Source of the DNA: an uncultured Actinomycetota bacterium
Lineage (GTDB): Bacteria > Actinomycetota > Actinomycetes > Propionibacteriales > Nocardioidaceae
Assembly: GCA_963729095.1 (NCBI GenBank)
Contig: CAVSMX010000021.1
Location: 46,468-110,467, forward strand
Direction of reading: 5' to 3'
DNA: 64,000 bases
Position 1 is the first letter of the stretch. Every line of letters begins with the position of its first letter. Below are positions 1-9,911 of this stretch, one piece after another. Below the pieces are notes generated by a model that saw only the letters and a program-made list of their open reading frames with translations, ran no database searches and was not told the DNA's origin. A program made the translations under genes and the position numbers.

Positions 1-620
1 TGATCACCAACGCGGTCGAGCACGCCTATCCCCAGGGCGAGATGCCGGAGGTCGGGGTCGAGCTGGAGGCCATGCTCGACCCGAGCGGCGTCCTCGACCT
101 CTCGGTCACCGACCACGGCCGGTGGAACGACCAGCCGCCGCATCCGGACCGCGGTCGCGGGCTGGGCATGGTCAGCGGCCTGGTGGACCAGCTCACCATC
201 GACCGCTCGGACACCGGCTCGACGGCACGGTTCCGCAAGCGGCTCACCCGCTCCGCCCAGCTGCTCACCGGCACCGCCCGCAGTGCCGGAGCCGAGCCCG
301 GAGCGACCGAGCCGGTCCCGTTCGGCACCGAGGTCGACGGCGACATGATGAAGGTGAGCGGACCGGTCGACCTGACGTCGGCCGACACGTTCCGGGCCTC
401 TCTGCGGCGGTTCAGCCGAGGCGGCACCGCCGAGCTCACCGTCGACCTCGCCGGCGTCACCCACCTGGGCAGCGCGGGGGTTCAGGTCCTGCACGAGATC
501 CACGCGATGGATGGCGCCTCGCTCCATCTCCGGGCACCCTCCGGCTCCGTGGCCCAGCACGTGCTGGAGCTGGTGCGTCTGCCCTACGAGGAGCAGCCGA
601 CACCCCTCACCGAAGAGTGA
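1..620 (+). CDS. C-terminal part of an RsbW-like anti-sigma kinase (HATPase_c) fused to a STAS domain; 5' end outside the window
   Basis: Frame is open from base 3: ITNAVEHAY (N-box), then DHGRW...GRGLGMV (G-boxes), then STAS motif VDLAGVTHLGSAG. Confidence 0.8.
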   Translation, partial: ITNAVEHAYPQGEMPEVGVELEAMLDPSGVLDLSVTDHGRWNDQPPHPDRGRGLGMVSGLVDQLTIDRSDTGSTARFRKRLTRSAQLLTGTARSAGAEPGATEPVPFGTEVDGDMMKVSGPVDLTSADTFRASLRRFSRGGTAELTVDLAGVTHLGSAGVQVLHEIHAMDGASLHLRAPSGSVAQHVLELVRLPYEEQPTPLTEE

Positions 621-1359
621 GCTCGGCCCACACCAGCTTGCGGCGGCCCTCCGACCGCTCGATCCCCCAGGACGCGGCGAGCGCCGCCACCATCAGCAAC
701 CCGCGGCCGTGCTCGCTGGTCATGCTCTGCGGCTGCGGCTCCGGTGTCCCCGAGCCACCGTCGCGCACCTCGATCCGTAGCGAGTGGGAGGACGAGGACA
801 GGCGGACGCGGTAGTCGGAGGCGGCGTGGGTGATCGCGTTGGCGGCGAGCTCGCTGACCACCAGCTGCGCGTCGTCGAGCAGCGGCGCCAGGTCCCACTC
901 GGTGAGGATCTTCCGGACGAATCGGCGGGCCGTGCGCACGCTCGAGAGGTCCTGGGGGAGGTCGAGCACCGCGTCCGGGTGATCGGGCGGACGGAAGACC
1001 GACTCCAGGAGCGCCACGAGGTAGTCGAGGTCGGAGTCCTTGAGCACGTAGCCTTCGGCGTTGGCGTCGTACCACGCCCGGTCCTCCGGCTCCGCGCCGG
1101 AGAAGATCACCACCTTGATGCCGGGCTGCTGGTCGCGGACCCGGCTCAGCACGTCGCGACCGGTGATGTCCGGCAGCCCCAGGTCGAGCACCACGAGGTC
1201 CGGCTCGAGCTCGTCGACCATGGTGATCGCGGCCACGCCGGTCCCGGCCTCACCGACGACCTCGAACCCGCCACTGAACCTCAGCGCGGTCCGGACCAGC
1301 CGACGCGCCTCGGGGGCGTCGTCGACGAGCAGCACCCGCACGGGTACGTCGGCCTCCAT
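607..1359 (-). CDS. Response regulator receiver fused to an RsbW-like HATPase_c domain
   Basis: VLLVDD...LVVLDLGLPD...YVLK receiver; C-terminal VVSELAANAITHA...DGGSG...GRGLLMV. Confidence 0.85.
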   Translation of the reverse strand: MEADVPVRVLLVDDAPEARRLVRTALRFSGGFEVVGEAGTGVAAITMVDELEPDLVVLDLGLPDITGRDVLSRVRDQQPGIKVVIFSGAEPEDRAWYDANAEGYVLKDSDLDYLVALLESVFRPPDHPDAVLDLPQDLSSVRTARRFVRKILTEWDLAPLLDDAQLVVSELAANAITHAASDYRVRLSSSSHSLRIEVRDGGSGTPEPQPQSMTSEHGRGLLMVAALAASWGIERSEGRRKLVWAELTLR

Positions 1360-1362
1360 CGA

Positions 1363-3243
1363 CTACCCCCCGTCGGCGTCCGTCTCGAGCGGTCCGGTTG
1401 TCGGCAATGTGATCACGAAAGCGGCGTCCTCGGCGCGATATGACGCGTTGCCGCCCTGTGCCTGCGCCAGCTCTCGCACGATGTAGAGCCCGAGCCCGGT
1501 CCCGCCCTGACTGCTGGTCGCGAAGCGCTCGAAGAGCCTGGCGCGCATCTCCTCCGGGATTCCGGGGCCGGCGTCACGGACGACGATCGCCGCGGTCGGG
1601 CCGTCGCTCTCGGCGGTGATCTCCACCGGTGCGGCGCCGTACCGGAGGGCGTTCGTGATCAGGTTCTCGACCATCTGGGCGAGCCGGTCGGAATCCGCCC
1701 GGACGTGCAGCGGCTCGACCCGACCGAGCCGCACGGCCCCCGGCTCGGCAGCGCGAGATGCGGTGCGGACGATCTCGTCGAGCTGATCGGCGAGGTCGAG
1801 ATCGCGGATCTCGAGATCGAGTGCGGTGCCCTGGATGCGGGACGCGGTGAGCAGGTCGGCGAGCAGCCGCGAGAGGCGATTCGCGCTGCTCGTCATGCCG
1901 TCCAGCAGCTCGTTTCTCTCGTCGTCCTCGAGCTCGGCCCAGTGGGTGCGGAGCAGCTGCGCCGTGCCCCCGAGCACGCCCACCGGCGAGCGGAGCTCGT
2001 GCGCTGTCATGCCCAGGAAGTGCGACTGGTCGTCTGCGGCCTGGAGCAACCGGGTGTTGGCCTCCTCGAGCCGCGCGTTGGCCTCACGGCGCTCGGTGTT
2101 GTCCCGGGTCACCTTCCCGTATCCGACCAGCCGGCCGTCGCGGTCCCGGACCGCGGTGATCGTCACGTGCGCCCAGAACCGGGATCCGTCCTTGCGGATC
2201 CGCCACCCTTCCTCCTCGTAGCGGCCCTCGCGCAGCGCGACCTCGAGCTCGTGCTCGGGGTGCCGCTCGGCCTGCTTCTCCGGCGGGTAGAAGACGCGGA
2301 AGTGCTGTCCGATGATCTCCTCGGCGGTCCAGCCCTTGCTCCGCTCGGCTCCGCGGTTCCAGCTGGCGACGTGCCCGTCGGGATCGAGCATGAAGATCGC
2401 GTAGTCCTGCACCGCGTCGACCAGCAGTCGCAGGACCTCCCGTCTCTCCCGCTGCCCGGTGACGTCCTGCACCTGGAGGAAGAGGTACAGCGGCCGCCCG
2501 GACGCGTCCCGGACCGGCGAGAGCATCGTCAGCACCCGCCGCGCCGACCCGTGGCCGTCCAGCCCGTGCTCGATCCGGATCAGGTCGTCTCCCCCCTCGA
2601 CCACCCCCCGCAGAGCGTCCCGCACCCGGCCGGCTTCCGCGCCGGCCAGGTCGGCGTACGACGCGCCCAGGAGCTCGTCCACGGGCCGACCGACCAGCCT
2701 GGCCAGGCTCCGGTTGCCCCGGACGATCCGGCCGGTCAGCGTCATCGTGGCCATGCCGATGGCCGCCTCCTCGAAGACCTCCTGGAAGCGCTCGAGGTGC
2801 TCGTGGAGCACGGTCTCGTCCTCGTGCGCGGCGGGGGTCGCCGGACCACCGGGCGCCTCGTCGTCGCGTTCGGCGCCGAGCACGGTCAGGAGGTCCGCGG
2901 CCAGGGTGCCGAGCGAGTTGGACTTCTCGACGAAGGCGGTGGCCCCCAACGCCCGGCAACGGTCCGACAAGCCCTCCTCGGCGAAACCGCTGTACATCAC
3001 GACCCGGGTGCTCGGCGAGACTTCTCGCACCCGCGGCAACGCCTCCAGCCCGTCCATGCCGGGCATCGAGACGTCGAGCAGGAGCACGTCCGGCTGCAGC
3101 CGCTCGGCCAGCTCGATCGCCTCGAGACCGGACGCCCCCTCGCCCACGACCTCGAACTGCTCAGAGAGCGTGAGGCGGGTGCGCACCAGCGTGCGCACCT
3201 CCACCGCATCGTCGACCACGACGATCGTCAGGACCGCCCTCAT
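1363..3243 (-). CDS. Hybrid sensor histidine kinase (REC-PAS-PAS-HisKA-HATPase)
   Basis: N-terminal receiver (VVVDD, LLDVSMP); PAS motifs (SWNRGAE, RKDGSRFW); H-box AHELRSP; NLITNA, DAGPG, GTGLGL. Confidence 0.9.
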   Translation of the reverse strand: MRAVLTIVVVDDAVEVRTLVRTRLTLSEQFEVVGEGASGLEAIELAERLQPDVLLLDVSMPGMDGLEALPRVREVSPSTRVVMYSGFAEEGLSDRCRALGATAFVEKSNSLGTLAADLLTVLGAERDDEAPGGPATPAAHEDETVLHEHLERFQEVFEEAAIGMATMTLTGRIVRGNRSLARLVGRPVDELLGASYADLAGAEAGRVRDALRGVVEGGDDLIRIEHGLDGHGSARRVLTMLSPVRDASGRPLYLFLQVQDVTGQRERREVLRLLVDAVQDYAIFMLDPDGHVASWNRGAERSKGWTAEEIIGQHFRVFYPPEKQAERHPEHELEVALREGRYEEEGWRIRKDGSRFWAHVTITAVRDRDGRLVGYGKVTRDNTERREANARLEEANTRLLQAADDQSHFLGMTAHELRSPVGVLGGTAQLLRTHWAELEDDERNELLDGMTSSANRLSRLLADLLTASRIQGTALDLEIRDLDLADQLDEIVRTASRAAEPGAVRLGRVEPLHVRADSDRLAQMVENLITNALRYGAAPVEITAESDGPTAAIVVRDAGPGIPEEMRARLFERFATSSQGGTGLGLYIVRELAQAQGGNASYRAEDAAFVITLPTTGPLETDADGG

Positions 3244-3289
3244 GACGGGAACCTACCGCCTACCCGGACGGATCGAGGGGAGCGCGACG

Positions 3290-4060
3290 ATGCACCTCGA
3301 TCCGGCCCTGCACCCTTACACTCACCCGGACGGTCGAGAAACAGGCCCGTGGAGCGCACCCGGTGCGGTGACGCCGACGACAGGACTGCAGGCCGTGCAC
3401 GAGATGTTCGACCTCGAACGCATCGAGGTGGCGGCGTACTTCCGCTACGGCGGGCAGGGAGCCCAGGTAGGCGGTGACTGGTACGACGTCATCGGGCTGC
3501 CCGACGGCCGCACCGCGCTGTTCGTCGGCGACGTGATGGGGCGCGGCGGCCGGGCCGCCTTGGTGATGAGGCAGCTGCGTCGGGTCGTACGTACCTACGC
3601 CCAGCTGGGCGTACCTCCGCTCGAGCTGATGGGGAATCTCGACCGGCTCGTGGTGCAGCGCTTCCCACAGCAGGTGGTGACGTGTCTGTACGCCGTCTTC
3701 GATCCCCTCGACCTCTCGCTGCGCTACCTCAACGCGGGTCACATGCCCCCACTCCTGATCCACCGCGACGGCTCGTGCACGCGGGTGACCTTCGCGACGC
3801 ACCCACCCCTCGGAGTGGGGCAACCCTTCGACGAGCTGCACCGGGTCGACCTCACGCCCGGTGCCGGGGTGGTCCTCTACACCGACGGCCTGGTCGAGCG
3901 CCGGGGCAAGTGCATCGAGGCGGGGATCGAGTCGCTCCGGCGAGCCGTGGCAGCGCTCGACGTACCACTGCGGGACGCGCCGGAGACCCTCGTACGGACT
4001 CTGCTGCCTCAGGGGCCAGAAGACGACGTGGCGCTGCTGGTGGCTCGGGTCTGCGGCTAG
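3290..4060 (+). CDS. SpoIIE/RsbU-type PP2C serine phosphatase
   Basis: VGGDWYD, GDVMGRG, NAGHMPP, LYTDGLVE, DDVALL motifs; ATG at 3290 preceded by GAGGGGAG. Confidence 0.88.
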   Translation: MHLDPALHPYTHPDGRETGPWSAPGAVTPTTGLQAVHEMFDLERIEVAAYFRYGGQGAQVGGDWYDVIGLPDGRTALFVGDVMGRGGRAALVMRQLRRVVRTYAQLGVPPLELMGNLDRLVVQRFPQQVVTCLYAVFDPLDLSLRYLNAGHMPPLLIHRDGSCTRVTFATHPPLGVGQPFDELHRVDLTPGAGVVLYTDGLVERRGKCIEAGIESLRRAVAALDVPLRDAPETLVRTLLPQGPEDDVALLVARVCG

Positions 4061-4070
4061 CGGATCCGGC

Positions 4071-4379
4071 TCAGGCCACGCGGTGCGGCAGCCCGCAGAT
4101 GTTGAGAACCTGCTGCGCGATCGTGCCCTTCACGGCCACCAGCTCGATGGTTGACCCGCGCTCGCCGGCGGTCCGCGAGGCGACCGCCAGGACCCCGACG
4201 CCCATGCTGGGGAGGAAGTCGACCTCGCTGAGATCCACGACCAGGTCGTCGGCGAACCCGTTCGAGTGTTTCTCGAGCGCCTCGCGCAGCGCGACCGCAG
4301 AGAGCTCGTCGACCTCGCCGCTCACATAGAGCGTCCTCGAGTCCTGATCCACCGAGAAGGTGAGGGGCCGCTCTTCCAC
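4071..4379 (-). CDS. STAS-domain anti-anti-sigma factor (RsbV-like)
   Basis: SGEVDE...VDLSEVDFLPSMG...ICGL, 102 aa. Confidence 0.85.
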   Translation of the reverse strand: MEERPLTFSVDQDSRTLYVSGEVDELSAVALREALEKHSNGFADDLVVDLSEVDFLPSMGVGVLAVASRTAGERGSTIELVAVKGTIAQQVLNICGLPHRVA

Positions 4380-4444
4380 GTTCGAATGCTACGTCCTCGG
4401 TCCGCTTCCGTGCGGAACGGACCACATCAGAATCTCGAGTGGGT

Positions 4445-4490
4445 GGTGGTTTCGAGGCTCGTCGCTGGCGCTCCTCGCACCTCAACCACC
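4445..4490. repeat. REP-like palindromic element overlapping the etfA stop codon
   Basis: GGTGGTTTCGAGG...CCTCAACCACC imperfect hairpin; resembles (from recall) abundant Nocardioidaceae extragenic repeats; related copy at 17168. Confidence 0.55.
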
Positions 4491-5462
4491 GGAACGACGG
4501 CGCAGCTCCTCGTTGATCGCGGGGACGATCTCGTGCATGTCGCCGATGACGGCGTAGTGAGCCTTGGTCACCATCGGCGCCTCGGCGTCGGTGTTGATCG
4601 CCAGGATCGTCTTCGCGCTGGCGCAGCCGGCCCAGTGCTGGATCGCCCCGGAGATGCCGCAGGCGACGTACAGCTCCGGTGAGATGCGGCTCCCGGTCTG
4701 GCCGATCTGCTCGTGGTGCGGACGCCAGCCGGCGCCGGTGACCACCCGGGAGACACCGACGGTGCCACCGAGAAGCTCGGCGAGCTCGCTGACGCCGTCG
4801 AAGCCGTTCGGGCCGCCGGCCCCGCGCCCGGCGCCCACCACGACCTTGGCCGACTTCAGCGCCCCGGACAGGTCCGGCGGGGGGGCCTCGCGCGAGACCA
4901 CCCGGGCCACCAGGTCGGCCTCGGCGACCTCGGGCTTGAACTCGGTGACGGTCGGCGTGGTCGGCTGCTCGGCGCGAGCCGCCTCCACCGCGTGCCCGGC
5001 CACCGTGAACACCGCGGGGCGCTGGTCCAGGAGCATCTCCTCGAGCACCGACCCCCCGACGACCTGTCGGGTGACCACGAACGGCGAGAGCCCGCCGAAC
5101 GAGATCGCGTTGGCGGCCATGGGTACGCCGAGGCGGGCGGCCACGTGGGCGAGCACCTCGTTGCCGCGGGGCGTGCCGGACCCCATCACGACGACGGAGC
5201 CGGCGGCGGCCCGCGCCTCCTGCAGCGCAGCCGCCCAGACGGCGCCGCCGTAGGCGGAGACCGCGTCGCCCACGGCATGGTGGACGGTGCGGACGCCGTA
5301 CGCGCCGAGCTGGTCGGTCAGACCGTCCGGCACCTCGCCGGCGACGAAGGCGTCGATCGGCACGCCGCCCCCGGCGGCGGACAGCTCGCGCGCGAACGTG
5401 ATCGCCTCGCGCGACATCTCGGCGGCGCCGGACGCGTCGGTCTCGACGTAGACGATGATCAT
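4482..5462 (-). CDS. etfA: Electron transfer flavoprotein alpha subunit
   Basis: VVGAGRG, QIGQTG, LYVACGISGAIQHWAG, AINTD motifs. Confidence 0.95.
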   Translation of the reverse strand: MIIVYVETDASGAAEMSREAITFARELSAAGGGVPIDAFVAGEVPDGLTDQLGAYGVRTVHHAVGDAVSAYGGAVWAAALQEARAAAGSVVVMGSGTPRGNEVLAHVAARLGVPMAANAISFGGLSPFVVTRQVVGGSVLEEMLLDQRPAVFTVAGHAVEAARAEQPTTPTVTEFKPEVAEADLVARVVSREAPPPDLSGALKSAKVVVGAGRGAGGPNGFDGVSELAELLGGTVGVSRVVTGAGWRPHHEQIGQTGSRISPELYVACGISGAIQHWAGCASAKTILAINTDAEAPMVTKAHYAVIGDMHEIVPAINEELRRRSGG

Positions 5463-6211
5463 CGCGACACCACTCCGATCCGCTCGAACAGGTCGACCAC
5501 CGCGACGGCGGCCGCGGCTCCCTCACCGAGCACCTGCACATCACTGCTCACCGGCGGCGGGAGGGTGAACCGGACCCGGCTGGGGCCGGTCGCCTCGGCG
5601 GTCGGCTCGCGCTCGTCGATCACGACCTTCTTGGCCTTCATCCGGCCGGGCACGCTCGGGTAGCGCGGCTCGACGCCGCCCTCCAGGATCGTCACCACCG
5701 CCGGCAACGGGACCCGGAACGTCTCGTGCCCGTCGGGCCCCTCGCCGCGCGCGACGGCCGCGCCGTCCTCGACCTCGACCGTGTTGACGCCGTTGACGAC
5801 CGGTCGGCCCAGCTCGTACGCGAGCCGGATGCCCACCTGGAAGTCACCGCTGTCGGCGGCGTCGTTGCCGAGCAGCACCAGGTCGTGGTCACCCGCGACC
5901 GCGGCCAGCTCCCTGGCCACATCGGCCGCTCCGAGCGCGATGGGGTCGGCGACCACGTGGGTCGCCGCCGTGCAGCCGATCGCCAGCGCGTTGCGGAGCT
6001 GCTCGACCGCCTCGGCCGTCCCGACGGTAGCCACCGTGGCCGTGCCGCCGGTGTCGGTCGCGATGCGTACGGCGAGCTCGACCGCGCAGGCCTCGTGGTC
6101 ACTGATCGTGAACCCGAGCTGTCCGGTGTCGAGGCCCTGGCCGTCAGCGGTCAGCGCCACCTCGCCCGACACGTCGGGAACCCGCTTCACGCACACCAGC
6201 ACGTTCGTCAT
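5459..6211 (-). CDS. etfB: Electron transfer flavoprotein beta subunit
   Basis: MTNVLVCVKRVPD...GNDAADSGDFQVG...PRYPS; ATG overlaps the upstream stop (ATGA). Confidence 0.93.
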   Translation of the reverse strand: MTNVLVCVKRVPDVSGEVALTADGQGLDTGQLGFTISDHEACAVELAVRIATDTGGTATVATVGTAEAVEQLRNALAIGCTAATHVVADPIALGAADVARELAAVAGDHDLVLLGNDAADSGDFQVGIRLAYELGRPVVNGVNTVEVEDGAAVARGEGPDGHETFRVPLPAVVTILEGGVEPRYPSVPGRMKAKKVVIDEREPTAEATGPSRVRFTLPPPVSSDVQVLGEGAAAAVAVVDLFERIGVVSR

Positions 6212-8724
6212 GAGCGGATCCGCTCGTTGTCGGGGTCGAACACCGAGGTCGCGTCGACCGAGGCGATGGTCACCGGGTAGAGCTCCTCCATGTAGGACAC
6301 GGCGAGCTGGTTGCCGATGGTCGACTGGTCGGGCGGCAGGTAGGCGAGCAGCACGTGCTTGCCCAGCGACGGCGCCGAGCCGGCCGTGGTGACGTAGGGG
6401 TGCAGGCCGTGACCGTCGGTCAGGACCTCGCCGTCGCGGGTCAGGATCGGCTCGCCGCCGAGCATGTATCGCTTCATCCCGCTCGCCGACGTGTGGTCGT
6501 CGACGGTCAGCGTGCAGAGCACCGTGGCGGGCTCCTCCTCGCGCTGCTTGAGGTAGGCCTCCCGCCCGACGAAGTCGGCGGCCTTCACCTTGGGCCGCTG
6601 CATGCTCGCCTCGACGATGGTGCGCTCGGCGTCGAGCTCGAACCCGAACGCGCGGTAGCCCTTCTCGATCCGGCCAGTGGTGCCGTAGACACCGATCCCG
6701 ACCGGTACGGCGCCGTGCTCGCGGCCGGCCTCCAGCAGCATCGACCACAGCCGGGCGCCCTGCTCGATCGGCACGTACAGCTCCCAGCCGAGCTCGCCGA
6801 CGTATGAGATCCGGGAGGCGAGGACGCTCAGCGAGTCGACCTCGATCTCGCGGCAGGTGCCGAACCCGAAGGCCTCGTGGCTCACGTCGTCGGCGGTGAG
6901 CGAGGACAGGATGTCGCGGGCGCGCGGGCCCCACACCCCGATCGTGGTGTACGACGACGTCAGGTCGACGACCGCCGCCGCGCCGTTCTCGTGGGCGAGG
7001 TCGGCGAACCGCTTCCTGTCGACCATCCCGTGCGCGCCGCCGGTGACCACCCGGAAGTGGTCGTGGCCCAGCCGCATCACGGTGAGGTCGGAGACGAACC
7101 CGCCCTTGGCGTCGAGCATCGGGGTGTAGACGACCTTGCCGTTCGCGACGTTGCACTGCGCGACGCACGAGCGCTGCACAGTGTCGAGCGCGCCGGGCCC
7201 GACGACGTCGAAGACCGCGAACGCCGACAGGTCGACGATGCCTGCGGCGTCGCGCATCCGCAGGTGCTCGGCGTTGATGATCGGCGACCACCAGCGGGCG
7301 TCCCACTCGTGCTCGCGCGGCATCACCCGGTCGCCGTACTCCTCCAGGAGCGGAGCGTTCGACTCGTACCACATCGGGCGCTCCCACCCGGCGGCCTCGA
7401 AGAACACCGCGCCGAGCTCCACCTGCGCGGCGTGCATCGGGGCCAGCCGCTGCGGGCGGTCGGTGAGGTACTGCTCGGACGGGTGCACGATCCCGTAGGT
7501 CTTGTTGAACGCCTCCCCCGTACGGGCCTGGATGTGTGCCTTGGTGCGCTGGTGCGGGTAGAACCGCGCGATGTCGGAGTGGGAGACGTCGATCTCGCTG
7601 TGACCGTGGGTCATCCACTCGGCCACCGCCCGACCGACGCCCGGACCCTCCTTGATCCAGACCGCCGCGGCGGACCAGAGACCGCGCACCTCGGGCGTCT
7701 CGCCGAGGACCGGCGACCCGTCGGGGGTGAGCGAGAGCAGGCCATTGATCGCGTAGCGGATCTCGGCACCCTCCGCGCCCAGCAGGTCGGGCATCAGCTC
7801 GAAGGCCTGCTCCAGCTGCGGGTCGAAGTCGTCCTCGGTGAACGGGAGCTCGGTCGGCGACAGCTTGGCCGCGTCGATCGAGGGGATCTCGTCGGCGTCC
7901 ATCAGGATCGGCCGGTGGGCGTAGGACCCGACCTCCATGTCGGCTCCGTGCTGCCGCTCGTAGCAGAACGTGTCCATGTCGCGCACGATCGGGATGCTGA
8001 TCTCGCCCTCGAGGCCGCTCAGCTGGGGGCACGGGCCGACCGAGATCATCTGGTGCACCGCGGGCGTCAGCGGGATGTGCGCCCCGGCCATCTTCGCGAT
8101 CCGCGGGCTCCACACGCCGCAAGCGATCACGACGGTCTCGGTCTCGATGTCGCCACCGGAGGTGCGGACCCGGGCGATCCGGCCGTCCTCGACGTCCATC
8201 CCCTCGACCTCGATGTTGGGTACGACGGTCAGCGCGCCGAGCTCCATCGCCCGCTCGCGCATGATCGTGCCGGCCCGTAGCGAGTCGACGACGCCGACGG
8301 ACGGCGTCCAGAACGCACCGACGATCTGGTCGGTCTCGATGAACGGGACCTTCTCCTTGACCTGCTCGGGCGTGACCAGCTCCGCCTCGATCCCCCACGC
8401 CTTCGCGCTGGACATCCGGCGACGCAGCTCCTCCATCCGCTCCTCGGTGCGGGCCACCTCGAAGCCGCCGGGCTCGAGCAGGACACCCATCTCCCGGTAC
8501 TGCTCGACGGAGTCGAGCGTCAGGTCGGTGATCTCCCGGGAGTGGTCCACGGGGAAGATGAAGTTGGAGGCATGGCCGGTCGACCCACCCGGGTTGGGCA
8601 GCGGCCCCTTGTCGATCTGCACGATGTCGCGCCAGCCCAGCCGGGCGAGATGGTGGACGAGGCTATTGCCGACGATGCCGGCGCCGATGACGACGACGCG
8701 TGCGGTGGCGGGGACAGTGGCCAT
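6208..8724 (-). CDS. Dimethylglycine dehydrogenase/oxidase family (DAO + FAO_M + GcvT domains)
   Basis: GAGIVG FAD motif, GSTGHAS, GWERP, ISYVGELGWELY, RIEKGY; GGAGG RBS before ATG at 8724. Confidence 0.9.
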   Translation of the reverse strand: MATVPATARVVVIGAGIVGNSLVHHLARLGWRDIVQIDKGPLPNPGGSTGHASNFIFPVDHSREITDLTLDSVEQYREMGVLLEPGGFEVARTEERMEELRRRMSSAKAWGIEAELVTPEQVKEKVPFIETDQIVGAFWTPSVGVVDSLRAGTIMRERAMELGALTVVPNIEVEGMDVEDGRIARVRTSGGDIETETVVIACGVWSPRIAKMAGAHIPLTPAVHQMISVGPCPQLSGLEGEISIPIVRDMDTFCYERQHGADMEVGSYAHRPILMDADEIPSIDAAKLSPTELPFTEDDFDPQLEQAFELMPDLLGAEGAEIRYAINGLLSLTPDGSPVLGETPEVRGLWSAAAVWIKEGPGVGRAVAEWMTHGHSEIDVSHSDIARFYPHQRTKAHIQARTGEAFNKTYGIVHPSEQYLTDRPQRLAPMHAAQVELGAVFFEAAGWERPMWYESNAPLLEEYGDRVMPREHEWDARWWSPIINAEHLRMRDAAGIVDLSAFAVFDVVGPGALDTVQRSCVAQCNVANGKVVYTPMLDAKGGFVSDLTVMRLGHDHFRVVTGGAHGMVDRKRFADLAHENGAAAVVDLTSSYTTIGVWGPRARDILSSLTADDVSHEAFGFGTCREIEVDSLSVLASRISYVGELGWELYVPIEQGARLWSMLLEAGREHGAVPVGIGVYGTTGRIEKGYRAFGFELDAERTIVEASMQRPKVKAADFVGREAYLKQREEEPATVLCTLTVDDHTSASGMKRYMLGGEPILTRDGEVLTDGHGLHPYVTTAGSAPSLGKHVLLAYLPPDQSTIGNQLAVSYMEELYPVTIASVDATSVFDPDNERIRS

Positions 8725-8750
8725 GAGGCCCTCCGAAGCTAACTCAAGGT

Positions 8751-8786
8751 GTTGCGTATCGTGCAACCGAATTCGTAATACAGAAC
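8751..8786. promoter_or_regulatory. Putative IclR operator GTTGC-N7-GCAAC (plus a weaker second site) upstream of the DMG dehydrogenase
   Basis: GTTGCGTATCGTGCAAC; near-identical copy at 16241 upstream of betB. Confidence 0.65.
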
Positions 8787-8804
8787 AACAACTAGGATCG
8801 CTCC

Positions 8805-8836
8805 GCCCCCGGCAGGTGTCAATCCCTGCCGGGGGC
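8805..8836 (-). terminator. Hairpin terminator after the betaine ABC operon
   Basis: GCCCCCGGCAGG-8 nt-CCTGCCGGGGGC perfect 12-bp stem. Confidence 0.65.
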
Positions 8837-8864
8837 CGAAGCGTGCGTCAGTGCCGGAAGGGGC

Positions 8865-9849
8865 TCAGCCCAGCCAGGCGTCCACCTTGTCCTGGTTCTC
8901 CTCGACCCACTTGGCGGCGGCGTCCTCCTGGGACATGCCGTCCTCTGCGATGTACTTCGCCACGAGGTTCTGGTCCTCGTTGGTCCACTCGAAGTTCTTC
9001 ACCAGGTCGACTGCCGGGGAGCCCTCCTCGATCCAGTCAGTGGACCCGATCTTCTTCAGCGTGGTCTCCGGGTAGTCGCAGGCGACCTTCGCGGGGTCGT
9101 CCTGGCAGCCGTCCTCATAGGGCGGCAGCGCGACCTTCGCGAGCGGCAGGTCAGCGAACAGCCACTGCGGCTCGTAGAAGTACCCGATCAGGAACTCCTG
9201 GTTCTCCTCCGCCTGCTGGAAGGCCGTGATGCTGGCCGCCTCGCTGCCGGAGAACGTCACCTTGAAGTCCAGGTCGAGGTTGCTGATGATCGCCTCGTCG
9301 AACTGGACGTACGACGGATCGGCTCCCAGGAACTGCCCCTGCCCGCCGGACTCCGAGGTCTCGAAGTCGGAGGCGTACTTGTTGAGGTTCTCGTACTCGA
9401 GGATGTCCGGGTGTTCCTCGGCGAGCCACGGCGGGACGTACCAGCCGATGATTCCGATGTTGCCGGTCGGGCCGAGGTCCGTCGCGCTGCCGTCACCCTG
9501 CTCGGCGAAGAACTTCTTCTCCAGGTCCGGGTGACCCCAGTCCTCGATCACCACGTCGACGTCGCCGGTGCCGAAGCCCTGCCAGCGAGACGTCCTCCTT
9601 GAGGTTCTTGTAGTTGACCTCGCAACCGAGCTGGGTCTCGGCGACGTGGCCGACCACGTAGGCGTCGGCCTCGTAGCCGACCCACGGGTTGACGGCCATG
9701 TTCAGCTCGCCGCAGTCGCCGGCCTCGGCCGCACGTTCCTCGTTGGCTTCGGTCTCCTCGTCGATCGAGCTGTCGCCGCAGCCGGCGAGCGTGAGCGCCA
9801 CGCACGCCGCGACCGCGAGCAGCCCGCCGCGTTTGTTTCTTGTTCGCAT
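8865..9849 (-). CDS. Glycine betaine/choline ABC transporter substrate-binding lipoprotein (OpuAC/ProX family); apparent +1 frameshift near 9585
   Basis: Lipobox LAGC; NPWVGY; removing one base gives continuous EDVSWQGFGTGDVDVVIEDWG; YFYEPQW. Confidence 0.85.
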
Positions 9850-9911
9850 TCGTTCTCCTTGGTTGTGTGCGTGTGCACTAGTGCCGAGTCTGGTTCCGGA
9901 TCGCTCCGGCA

